The notes under the pieces are model-generated. The model was given only the letters and a program-made list of their open reading frames with translations, did not search any database and was not told the DNA's origin. This document shows, piece by piece, positions 52,254 through 64,000 of a stretch of DNA of 64,000 nucleotides. The translations under genes were made by a program, and so were the position numbers. Position 1 is the stretch's first letter. Each line of letters starts with the position of its first letter. This DNA is from Eledone cirrhosa (taxonomy: Eukaryota), in assembly GCA_964016885.1 (NCBI GenBank), contig OZ024744.1, positions 59,706,001 through 59,770,000 of the forward strand, read 5' to 3'.

Positions 52254-52542
52254 GTGGATTGGCAGTATCGGTAGAGGGTCGGATGCCATGCTTTACAGCA
52301 TAGTTACGTCCCTTTACGTTCTGAGTTCAAATCCCGCCGAGGTTGAATTTGCATTTCATCCTTACGGGGTCGATAAAATAAAGTACCAGTAATGCACTGG
52401 GTAATTGCTGGCCTTGTGCCTAAAGTATTATTACTATTAATATTATTATTACGGAGTCGGTGAAATAAAATACCAGTAATGCACTTGGTAATTGCTGGCC
52501 TTGTTCCAAAAGTAGAAACAATATTATTATTATTATTATTAT
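52254..52542 (+). mobile_element. SINE plus partial SINE, preceded by and ending in (ATT)n
   Basis: Core and 3' end occur twice. (ATT)n at 52238-52252, 52427-52450 and 52521-52543. Confidence 0.9.
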
Positions 52543-52760
52543 TGAAGGTGAACCCACGCTTCTTATCGCCTCCGGTTTTTTTTTTCCAGCAGTTTACCTC
52601 GTTTTCAACCATTCTAAACCTTTTATTCAAGTTTTAAACTTGATAAAAGTTTAGAAGAAGTGACCCACCTAAGACAGGGGTTCACTCGTAAATAATACGA
52701 CACCCCTTTACGGCGTGTCGTATTGTGTAAAAATATTATTTGAAAAAAATTTCTTTCAAC

Positions 52761-54575
52761 ATGGATAACACAAGAAAGAGAGAGAGCGCTGTCAGACAAC
52801 ACGGGGAGAGGGAGACTTTGTCAACATATCAACAAGACAGCGTTCTAGCGAAGGTAAATATAAAAGAAAATATTACGAAGGAAAAGCGGAACAATATCAT
52901 TTTTAATGATATTGTTACAGATTTAAAATTACCAAATATTTCTAACACAAATAATATCAACAGCAACAACAAAAATAACAGCCGGCATGTCGAGAACGAC
53001 AATAACAATGACAATAACAACAGCCACAACAACAACAGTATGAACAAAAACAACAATAATAACAACAGCCACAATAACAGTAACAACAGCAACAGTATCA
53101 ACGAAAACAACAACAACAACAGTACCAACGAAAACAACAACAATGACACCGATACCTGTAATAGCGATCTCAGCACCACCAGTAAGACCAGTAGCGGCAG
53201 CAATAGTGGTGCCGCTGAAAAAGGGACCACTTCTTTTGCAGGTGTCGCCCGAAATATCGAGACAGTGTTAGTCACAGAGGAGGAGATAGCAGTCGCAAGG
53301 GCCATGGTGACAAAAAGAGCCAATAGAGTCTCCCTGAAACCTCCACCCGATTTTTTCAAGGACCAGCAGCTACGGACGGTAACTTACCGCACCGTAAGCA
53401 AAATCTCACATCGGGTGGAGAGAGCTACCGAGGCTAAAATCCAAAAGTCCTCGGGGTGCGTCTGGGCACGCAAAACCCACATCACCCGAGGCAGAAAGTA
53501 CGCCACAGTAGACGTACATTTTTCGCCAACCCCCAAGAAGCGAAGTCTCACTCTTTGGAAACCCTAAATAGTGAGGAGATAGTCTTGGTGCCCTCCTACT
53601 GCGGGCAGAAAATTGTGAGGGTCAAAGTGACTCAGGTCCCACCCGACGTGCCCATACCTTGGCTGGCCGCGTCTGTCCTTGCTGGAATCGAGGACAGGAC
53701 GACCATGCTGCAAGTTGAGGAAATAGGGAGAGAGAACTGGTCAGGTATAGACATGCAAATGCTTATAAAAACTGACCAGGATGTATCTACGCTATCCCCG
53801 ATATCATAGACATCGAGAAAGGACTCCAACTCGCTATAAGCGTAGAAGGAAGTCGGCCAAAATGTTATCTATGTGGGTCGAAGGGTCACCTCAGGGCCTT
53901 TTGCCCGCAGAAGACAGCGAAGAAGAAGGCCCCTCTCCTTCCAATACCTGGTCCGCTGCTACCAAGAGCAGGGCAGGCAACAAACGCAGAAGCCCCTACC
54001 ACGGTGAGTAGGAGGGCAACGTCCGTTGCACCCGTACCAAGGCCACGGACAACTAAAGCAGCAGCATCAGTGGCGGCAACACCATTAGCTACATTTGAAG
54101 TAGCTACACCAGCAACAAAATTGCCGAAGGGGGCTCCACTACCACCACCAACAGCCGTGGAGCACATAGCCCTCCCAGACGCCACAGAATCCGACATGGA
54201 GTTTGAGGCGGGAGTGAAGTGGCAAACGGTCTGCCACAAAAAAACCCTTAGATTCACCCTCCAAAAGCCAAGGCACACAAAGAGGGGTAAAGGCAGCAGG
54301 GAAACTTGCAGCAACACCACCACCATCACCATCACCACCACAAGCACCACCGCCAACAACGACCACACCACCACCAGCATCACCAAAAAAACCAACAACG
54401 CAAACAAAACAAAGCACACACACCAAACAGCAACAAAATCACCCCTCCCCCCAAAAAGTACACAGCCATAAACATGGCGAAAAAAGAACTCATACAATAT
54501 ATAAAGCAGCATACAGATATCACAGAAAAAACTACTACACCCCACCAACACCAAGAACTCTCCCGACAAACATAA
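52761..54575 (+). pseudogene. Tx1 ORF1 (poly-Asn N-terminus, RRM-like region, CCHC knuckle), frameshifted
   Basis: CYLCGSKGHLRAFC (CX2CX4HX4C) at 53863-53904. The RRM assignment is an inference from the clade. Confidence 0.8.
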
Positions 54576-54787
54576 GCATCATCGAAATCTCAACAGAACA
54601 GTACAAACTTTTAAAACAAAAATTCCCCAACGCAGTTGGAGACTTCAGAGAGTCGGTTACCAAGAGGATATACACTGACATCCTCTTGGAAACACCCATG
54701 ACCAGCCAAAGGGCCGGTTCTACTGTCCCTTCACCACACGATCAAGGTAAGTGACCCTTTCTCACTTGCCCCGTTTCTCATCCAACA

Positions 54788-57700
54788 TGGCCGTACTCAG
54801 AATAGGCAGTATAAATGCACGTGGCCTGGGGTCATCTTGGAAGCAGGGTCACCTGCTCAAGGACCTCAGGTCACTAAACATAGATGTGGTGGCCATCAGT
54901 GAGACCAGAAGCACAAGCCTTCGCACCGATCTTTGGCGGCTACGATGTATACGCATTTCCCATCCGTCCAGGATCGGGGGAGGGGTTGCCGTCCTTTTTC
55001 GGAGAGGCTTGGATCTCGCCATACGGGCCATCTTCCTAAACCCAGAAGGTAAGTCGGTGGTGCTGGACGTGACCGGCAGAGAAGGCAATGCTTTCAGGCT
55101 AGTAGCCGTCTACGCCCCAACAGGGGCAGGACGGCCAGATTTCTTCAGACGTCTAGAGACCTTTCTTGGAACGTCCCGCTCTTTAATGTTAGTGTGCGAC
55201 TGGAACGGTATCTTGGATGCACGCTGGGATTGTGTGGGGGTACTGGATAGGGGAGGAGTGTGCAAGACCTCACCAACCTGCTCAGACGTTTTGAACTGTT
55301 TGACAGGTATCGACTGGATCACCCGAATGTGCCAATGTGGACATGGACAAACCGCATCGTGTCATCCAGATCGTATCTCGACAGGGTATTCTGCAGAGAA
55401 CTAGATAAGGCTAGTATAAGTTGTCCACAATTTAAAATAGTCGACTACACAGACCACAAATGTGTGATCTGTGAGATCGACATAGACAGACTTCATAGAC
55501 AAGGGCCCGGTTACTGGAAGCTGAACGCGTCTTTCCCGGTGCGCAAAGCCTACAGAGACCGGATTAGTGTATTAGTTAAGCGGGCGTTGACGGGAGCGGT
55601 CGTCAACAACAGGTGGTGGTTCGCCCTGAAAAGGCAATTAAAGTAGAGTCGATTAAGTTTAGCAAAGGAGTAGTGATAGAGGAAAATAGAGTAGAGGGAG
55701 AGCTAGTCAGAAAGCTAGAAGAGGCGTTTAGGACAGGCATCAACCGACGTGCTTGCGGCGAGATTGACACTCGACCAATTCTTCAACGCAAAACACGAAG
55801 GCTGCGTTGTCAGAGCTATAGCGCGTGCTCTGAAACACGTGGGGACAAAAGCCGTCCAATGGCCCCGGGCGGCAGAGGTGCGACGTGGCAATAAAGCCTC
55901 AATTCGGTCTTTGTCTGACCAAAACGGGTGCGTGTTGCTCGAACCCAAGCAGATGTATGAAGCTTTTCAGCAGTATTTTGCTGAACTGTTCGGGAGCGGC
56001 GACAGCCCGGATCGGGGCATGGTCTTCAGTGCATACCTCGACGGACTGCCTCAGCTCTCGACGACCGCAGCACAGTGTTGCGAAAAGCCAATAACAGCCG
56101 GTGAAATACGGGCAGTGATGGCTAACTGCACGAGGGGTAAATCGCCAAGTTTGGATGGTCTGCCCTACGGGCTTTATGCATTTATGCCAGACTTGTTCGG
56201 TGACCTCTTGGCAGAAGTCTACTGCAACTGGCATCAGAACGGGAGCATTCCTAGTTTTGTTAGCCTGGGAGCGGTGGCGCTGCTGAGAAAAGACCCGAAC
56301 AAGGGGGATGTTATCGATAATTTCAGGCCCATAACCATGCTAAACGAAGAGTTCAAGATTTTGGCCAAGGTGTTAGCAACGAGGTTGGCGCTTGTCGTCA
56401 AGGGTCTGGTGGGAGAGGCGCAGACATGCGCCATTCCGGACAGATCCATACACGGCAACCTCCACCTCATGCGATACATCATAGAGAGGGTGGTTAAGGA
56501 ACATGGCACGGGTGGGGCCCTTATCAACTGGGATCAATCCAAAGCATTCGGTAGGGTCGACCATCGGTACCTGGCGGCGGTCCTCGAGGTAGCCGGTTTC
56601 GGGCCCATTTTCAGGGGTTGGATCGCTGCAATGTACAGTGACATCTTCTCAGTTGTGAGGGTGAACGGTCACCTGCCGCAGCCGTTCAGCATCATCCGCT
56701 CAGTCTGCCAGGGTTGTCCCCTCTCGTCCCTCTTGTACGTATTGGCTCTCGAGCCGTTACTGCACAAACTGGGGGCGATGAGGGGCGTCCCACGCAAACT
56801 AGGATGCGGGAAATCTGGTGTCGAGCACCAGACACATCCAGATGTTCGGCACCGCTCTCAAGGAATACGAAGCGGTGACAGGAGAAAAGATAAACCAGGA
56901 AAAGTCGGTGGGCTTGCAGCTCGGCACCTGGAGAGGCAAGTCCATGCCGTCCGACAGCGTCGTGGGGCGTTGGACGGACAGACCGGTTAAATTGCTCGGG
57001 GTCTGGTTCGGACTGGACCTCCAGATGGAGAAAAACTGGAACGAGGTGAGGAGCAGGCTGGCCTCCCTCACCCAGAAATGGGCTAGAGGAAGCTGTCCCT
57101 GAAAGGCCGGGCGGAGGTGGCGAATGCGTACATCGCATCCGTCATCTGCTACCGCCTCACCGTCGTCCCTTGCCCGGCCCAACTCTCACCAAAATGGAGC
57201 GCCTCCTCCTCCGCTTTTTATGGAAGGGACGCTCTCCCATGGTCAGACGATCCATCTGCTGTCAACACCCGTTGTGTGGAGGACTGGGCATGCCATGGCT
57301 GATGATGCGCAAACATGCGCTGAGGCTGCGACATCTCTGGTGCTTCCTTAACGGTGAACAGGTGTGGTTGCCGTTCGCCAGGCACGTTTTCCTACAGCTC
57401 GTCTCCTTGACGGAGCTACAGTCCTGGGTTAGGAAAAGACCGAGGGATAGCGCTTGGAAACTGAAATGTCTCCAGGCACTCACCGCCCTCTGCCAGCTGG
57501 GCACCAGTATAGGTGGAACATCCACCTCGGCGTTCTCTAGAGGACTAGTGGAGGGGAAGAGCGACGACGTTTTCGGAGAGATCCTGGGCGTCGAAGATCA
57601 GCTGTTTTCTCTCTTCCGGAGAACTTTCAGCCCAGGGCCTATGGAAAACTTCCAAAAATCCCTGGCCTGGCAGTGCTACCGGGGAGCGCTGCCGGTTCGA

Positions 57701-58157
57701 GATAGGCTCTACAGGCACGGAAGTGCCGTCAGCCGAGCCTGTCCGAGATGCGCGCAGGGCGACGAAACCATCGTGCACTTCACTCGTTCAGTGCCCGAGC
57801 ATTGCTGACTTGTGGAGCTATGTCGAACAGTTGTTGTCGCGTGTAGGACTGATCCGGTTATCGACTGAGTCCCTTGTGCAGATGGTCTCGCCGTCTTCCT
57901 TCGAGGAGGAAGGGCAGGCGGTTTTCATCTGCCTGGTGGCCATGGCGAAAGAGATTGTGTGGTGGACAAGGTTGAAAGGGTTAAAGACAGACACTTTCCT
58001 CTTCGGCGAATCCCTAATTAACTTTTTCAAGTTTCACTTGAAGAGGAAAATCAGGGTGGAGAGACAAGTGCTGCTTTCTAGCAAGTTTGTTGAAGGTGGG
58101 TGAATGTAGCGAGAATGGTCCGAGTGAACGGGACCGCTCTGAATATACGTCTGTAGT
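54788..58157 (+). pseudogene. Tx1 ORF2 (APE-RT-CCHC), several frameshifts, YADD deleted
   Basis: MAVLRIGSINARGLG, ISETR, VYAP, CDWN, YLDR, YTDHK, GPGYWKLN, NFRPIT, DQSKAF, QGCPLS and CPRC motifs. The AYADD segment seen at 17025-17040 is missing at ~56812. Confidence 0.9.
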
Positions 58158-58506
58158 TTCAGAGACGGAACAATTGAGAGAGGGCGCTTGCCCTGGTGGT
58201 CAGGGTGGCCGTGGTCTTTTTGTATGGTTTTCGCCACGAGTAACCCTCGGAGGAGGTTTCCCCACTATTGGAGAATTTTTCGTTGTTTCAATTTTCATTT
58301 TTATTGTTTATATATATATATATATGTATCTATGACTTTTTTTCTTTTCTTATATAAATAATAAAAATCTTTACACACACAAAACCCACATCGTACCGTC
58401 GTGTACCGTCCCGTGCCGTCTATAATGTTTTTCTTGATGTCAGCCCTTGTGGCCAATAAAGAAATCATTAATTAATAATTATTAATAGTGTATTATTATT
58501 ATTATT

Positions 58507-61500
58507 GTTCTTTGAGTCTCAGTCATTGATGTTAGTTAACTGGAAATTTTGTTGAAATGAATATCAAGCCACTACCTGCAGCCTCAGATATTCAGAACGT
58601 ATCGGAGGGTTCTTGCTGTTCCCAGCAAGCGTGCCTTTTGAAGTGTTCCAAAAAGCGGGGCGGGACCAATTTTCTTTAACCATCCTTGGAAACTCTTTGA
58701 GATAGTACCTAGTGCGCCTATGACAATCGGGACCACTTTGACCTCATGGCAGTTCCAAATCCTTTTTACCTCCCACTGTAAGTCCTGTTATCGGTTAATT
58801 TTCTCCCTCTCCTTCTCTTGCACTCTCGTGTCGAATGGGCAGGCCACATCCACAATCAGGCACGATCTGTTTTCTTTGTCCAAAACCACCAGGTCAGGTC
58901 TATTGTGTTCCAGTTTCTTATCCGTCTGTATCCTAAAATCCCACAGCACCTTCACCTGATCGTTTTCCATCACCGCCTCTGGCTTATGCTCATACCAGAA
59001 TGTTCTCAGAATGTGGTAAATTGTTTACTTTGCATAGGTGCCAGTGGATCACCCTGCCCATCATGTCTCCAGCCCTTATAGTGAGTCTGGGCTAGGTGTT
59101 TACACTCGGATACAATGTGAGCCACAGTTTCTTCTCTCTCTCCACAGATCCTACACAGTGGGCTAGCCGCCTCCTTGTAAATATGGTGTTTCAGCCACTT
59201 CTTTTTGAAGGCCTGCTCTTGCGCAGCCATTAGCATTCCTTCTGTAGCCTTTTTAAGGTCTCCTCTTTTCAACCAGTTCCATGTCTGTGGATCTCTAAAT
59301 TCAGTTTTCTCAAAGAAGGTACTATGAAGGGATTTTTCCTGAAGGCTGCTCTTTCTCCTTGGACATCCCCTGGCCCATTGTCCCCTCCTTCAGTACAGTT
59401 CTGAGCATTGGCTCCTTACTATCAGTCACGTATTTGTGTAGGTTGTTTTTCTCCATCTGAACACAGTCCTCTATGCTGATAAGACCTCTTCCACCTTCAG
59501 ATCTCCCTAAGTAGAGTCTATCGACATCACTCCTCTTGTGGAACATGTTGTAGATAGTCAATAGCTTCCTAATCTTCCTATTCATTTCTTTTTGTTCAGC
59601 AACATTCCATCTCAGAATTCCCGCACTGTACCTAATAATAGACACAGCTCGGGAATTTACTGCAGTTATGTAATTCCTACTGTTCAGATGTGACTTTAAT
59701 ACGCTCCTTACTCTCCGAAGGTATTCAGTTCTTATCAATTCCTTCATTTCTTTGTTCTTGATGTCATCAGCCTCCAGAACGCCCAAATACTTGTATCCTT
59801 CCTCAGAGTCAATTTCCTTTATCATCTCACCTGTTGGTATCTGGATTCCGTTGCTTCTGCTCAACCTACCCCTCCTCATCACAATGACTCCACACTTACT
59901 AATACCAAATTGCATACATATATCATTGCTGAAAATACGGACAGTGTCAACAAGCACATCCAACTCCTTCTCACTCTTCCCGAAGAGCTTAAGATCGTCC
60001 ATGAAGAGGAGGTGATTGATGGTAAACTCTCCCTTTCCCAACTTGTATCCTGCTCTCACTTTTCGCAGTATAATGGTCAGGGGGATCAGGGCAAGGACAA
60101 ACAGCAGAGGGGACAGTCTATCTCCCTGGAAGATACCTCTCTTGATCCTCCGCCTCCCAAAGATTCTCCACTCGATTATTAACTCTGTTTTCCAGTACTT
60201 CATACTCTTGCTCAACAACTGTCTGATGTTATCTGCCACCTTGAAGATCTCCAGGCTTTTGGTTATCCAAGAATGAGGTTCCATGTCGAATGCCTTTTTG
60301 TCGTCTATCCATCCCATGGCAAGACCAGTGTGTCTCCTCCTGCAATTCTTCATTACCATCTTATCAATAAGTAACTGGTCCTTTGTACCACGGGACTTCT
60401 TTCGGCATCCTTTCTGTTCGTCCGGTAACAAGTTGTTTGTGTGGAGGTGATGGTAGATTTCCTCAGACACAATGCTTGTTAACAGTTTCCACATTACGGA
60501 CAGACATGCGATAGGTCTATAGTTGGTAACATCATTACTCTTGCTTCGGTCTTTCATGACCAGAACTGTGGTACCTTTTGTCAACCACTCTGGTACCTCA
60601 CTTGACACCAAGCAGTCATTGAACATGGTTGTCAGTTTCGGGTGGAGGGATGTTATATTTTTAATCAAATACCCTGCACACCATCTGGGCCTGGTGATTC
60701 CCAGTTGGTTGTTTCCTCTCGATTTTATGCAAAGTAATTTCCTCACCGCATTTGCGTTTGCTTTGAGGATATTGTTGCACTGGTCAAGGTTCCTCGCCTC
60801 AAGGTATGGGATGACTTTGTTTACCTTAGCTGTTGTCTCTTTTAACTTTTTCCTGTCTACAAATCTTAGGTTCATAGGTTTCCCACTATCATTGTTCATT
60901 TCATCTACCACTTAGTTTAGGATATCAACCAAATCTTGTCCTAGCCCGTCAGCATTCATCTCCTCAGTGGCCGTATCTTTGTTCCAGGTATTATTTATTT
61001 CAGCATTCAGATCATTGTCTGCTTCGAATGCTTCCTCCGTTCTCTCAACCTCTTCACCTTCATCTCCCACTGGCTAGTTTGCCTGGCATACTCCACTCTC
61101 CATTTCCAATCTAATCTCTCTGCTGAGTTCCCCCAGTTCCAGCTCGCTTATCCACCCATTAGTTCTTATTACCCGAGCCTGCCCGGCCAATTTTTGTTCA
61201 TCTAATTTAAATAGACCAATCTCGTTCCAGATGATATGCATCCGTTTCCTATAGCCTTTTTCCTTGGGGTTACTCTTCAGGTAACATTGCATAACAGTTC
61301 TATCCAATTCTTTCGTCCAGTTGGTTCTGGTCCCTTTCCTTCTTCTTCCTCCAACACTAGCAGTATTTGGTTGACAGCCAGGTCCCTGCTGCTGGGCCAG
61401 GGAGCACCTGCTGGGTGAGAGTCTGTCACATGACATTCCAGTCTTCACTTCACCGTTATTCGAACTGTTTAGGTTCGACATTTAAACACTCATATCGAGG

Positions 61501-61570
61501 ATTGGTGAATGTATGGTTACATAACCACCGGTGATTTCATCACTCCACGTGATTTTTGTGTGGCACTATC
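58507..61570 (-). mobile_element. R4/Dong-clade non-LTR element (RT, CCHC, restriction-like endonuclease), internally deleted and frameshifted
   Basis: NYRPIACL, EQKGCR, GTKDQLLID, GIFQGDRLSPLLF, FMDDLKL, YKYLG, CRICGEREETVAHIVSEC and VLWDFRIQTD..LEHNRPDLVV..IVDVACP. The 3' end runs into (AAT)n. Confidence 0.92.
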
Positions 61571-62576
61571 ACGCTGTAGACGAACATAAATAAACAAACA
61601 AACAAACAGGCAAAACCCCCCCCCCAAAAAGAATAAGCATAAGTTTAATTGTAATGTAATGTTTGACTGTCTGACTTAGTTTTTCCCTTCCCTTCTCTGT
61701 CCGTCTGTTTGTTCTTCTCTTCATTTTACTTTTGTTTACGTTTTTCGTTGTTGCTCTGCTGCTTTGATTTTGATTTTTGGTATTTTGATTTTTTGACCGG
61801 GTCATCAATTCGGTCTATTTATATATTTTGATGCCTTCCTCTTTTAGTGGGGACACTACGATGCATGTGTTAGCGGGAGGTAGTGGGAGAGAATAGCGGC
61901 GGTAGTGATAATGAGGCAGTGGTGGTGGTGGTGGTGCTGTGCTAGTAGTACTTAGCAGGAGGTAGTGGGAGAGAATAGCGGCGGTAGCGATAATGAGGCA
62001 GTGGTGGTGGTGATGTGATCGTAGCACTGTAGTGATGGTGTTGAAGTTGAGGCAACTTGACCAGAGTTTTTAGCGTGGTAGTGGTGGTGGTGTTGGTGGT
62101 GAAATTATCTTCTCTGTCCACTTAGCTATTTAGCTATTTAGCTAACTATTTAGTCATTTTGCCATTTCCTCCTTTTCGCCTCTAACATTCCTGATCCAAA
62201 ATTAAATATTAATATTGTTTATTAATATTGTCTAGTGATACCGCCACCTTCCCCTTTCGTAAGTTAACAGAAGGTAATGGGGGGAATAGCGGTGGTAGCA
62301 ATGAAGGAGTGGTGGCGGCGGTGATGGGATAGTGGTAGCAATGATGGATGGGTTGGTGGCGGCGGTGACTGTATCGATGGCGTTGTCGTTACTGACTTTT
62401 GTTGAATAGACTGTAGTTTGTTTGTTTGATCGGCGAATCTATGCGGTTAGTCGCGTATGTTTAATATATGTGTTGACATATTTTTCTTAATATTGGAATT
62501 AAACCTTTTGTGAAAACTTGAGACAATAATAATAATAATTATTATTATTATACTTGGATTGGTTATTATTATTATT

Positions 62577-64000
62577 TGGGACGAGGTAACGAGCAGAGTA
62601 GTCAGTCTCACCCAAAAATGGGCTGGGAGGAAGCTATCACTGAAAGGTCGCGCGGAGGTGGCGAATGCGTACATCGCGTCCGTCATCTACTACCGCCTAA
62701 CCGTCGTGCCTTGCCCCCGTCCGCGCCTCGTCAAGTTGGAACGGCTCCTCTTCAAATTCTTGTGGAGGAGACAAGTTCCGTTGGTGAGGCGGTCCATCTG
62801 CTGCCAGCACCCTCTACGCGGAGGGCTGGGCATGCCGTGGCTAATGATGCGCAGACATGCGTTGAGGCTGCGACATCTCCAGATATTCTGCCTCAACGGT
62901 GAACAGGTGTGGTCGCCGTTTATCAGACGGGCCTTTCCGCAGCTCATTTCTTTGACTGAGCTGCAGTCCTGGGTCAAGAAGAGACCGAGACTGGGTGACT
63001 GGCACCTGGAATGTTGCCAGGCACTCACTGCCCTCTACCAAGCGGGCAATGCGATCAGTGGAACTTCCACTCTCGAGTTCTATGGAGGAATAGTGGTGGG
63101 CAAGTGCGATGACGCACTCGGAGAAGCTTTGGGCCTCGACGAAGTCGAACTGACCAGTCTGTACCGGAGGACTTTTGAGCCGGGGACGATGGACAATTTC
63201 CAGAAATTCCTCGCTTGGCAGTGTTACCGGGGGGGGGGGGGGGGGGGGGGCACTGCCGGTTCGGTATAAACTCTACAGGCACGGAAGTGCTGTCAGACGG
63301 ACCTGCCCAAGATGCGCACAGAACGACGAAACCGTTCTGCACGCACTTGTCCAATGTCCGTGCATTACTGACTTGTGGAGTTATGTCGAACAGCTACTGT
63401 CGCGTGTGGAACGAATCCGGCTATCGGCCGAGTCCATAGTGAAGATCGATCCACCACCTTCCTTAGGTCAGGAAGAGCAGGACATTTTCCTCTGTCTGGT
63501 GGCAGTTGCGAAAGAGATTATATGGTGGACCAGGTTGAAAGGACTAAAGACAGACACTTTTCTCTTCGGCCAATCCCTCATCAACTTCTCCAAATTTCAC
63601 CTGTAAAGGAGGGTGAGGGTGGAGAGAGAAGTGCTGCCCCCCAGTACATTTGCTAAAAGGTGGGTGAATGTGGCGAGAATGGCTCGTGTGAATGGGCCTA
63701 CTCTGACCATGCGCCTATAGGATGGCTAACTTGAGGAGAGGGGTGCTCTCCTGGGTGCCCTAGAAGCGCAGGGTGGTTCAGGATTGGTGGGGTACCCGAA
63801 TCACCCCAGGGTCGTCCACCCCCTATCGGGGAATTTATTTTGTTATATTTATGCATAGTTTATTTTATATTTTTATATTTTCATTGTTAAATTAGTCTTG
63901 CCATTGTGCACTTTTACTCGACCTTATTGTAAACCCCCACTGTCTCTGTCTTTGTATTGTCCCCTACATGTCGGCCCTTGTGGCTAATAAATGAAATCAT
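62577..64000 (+). mobile_element. 5'-truncated Tx1-clade LINE 3' portion
   Basis: Homologous to 57038-58468. Starts directly after (ATT)n and ends GGCCCTTGTGGCTAATAAATGAAATCAT at the window edge. Confidence 0.92.

Larger units (their letters stand above)
52543..58468 (+). mobile_element. Full-length but inactivated Tx1-clade LINE (~5.9 kb)
   Basis: 5' UTR, ORF1, ORF2 and a 3' UTR ending GCCCTTGTGGCCAATAAAGAAATC. (ATT)n on both flanks. Confidence 0.93.

Noticed and set aside
61870-62400. GGT-rich region with a ~55-bp tandem duplication
   Set aside because: Low-complexity trinucleotide-derived sequence.
63229-63250. Poly-G run inside Tx1 ORF2 giving a poly-Gly stretch
   Set aside because: Other copies have GGGGAGC or GGAGC here, so this is a homopolymer expansion or a sequencing artefact.

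Overview
Eukaryotic, repeat-saturated DNA with no recognisable host gene. The SINE type and microsatellite load suggest a cephalopod (probably octopus), which is an inference. Almost everything readable is a transposable element or simple repeat. The non-LTR elements are at least eight Tx1/L1-clade LINE pieces (one full length at ~52.5-58.5 kb but with its YADD motif deleted), two R4/Dong elements, RTE LINEs (one a single frameshift from intact, 38.1-41.8 kb), and CR1 and CRE fragments. Also present are a Gypsy relic, a pogo/Tigger relic, non-autonomous Helitrons, Penelope-like (PLE) pieces including a GIY-YIG domain, and about 15 copies of a tRNA-derived SINE. Two patterns that the ORF track does not show stand out. 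(1) Short non-coding modules embedded in (TA)n carry minimal type I hammerhead ribozymes, one with a compensatory U3-A8 core. Several form long near-perfect fold-back palindromes (arms of 185, 314 and 249 bp), and in one case the turnaround maps exactly onto a pre-existing hairpin. (2) An (ATT)n-centred guild: the SINE 3' end resembles the Tx1 3' end, SINEs and Tx1 copies stack into each other's ATT tails, and R4/Dong twice sits tail-to-tail in the same repeat from the TAA strand. Coordinates were read by eye and element boundaries are approximate.
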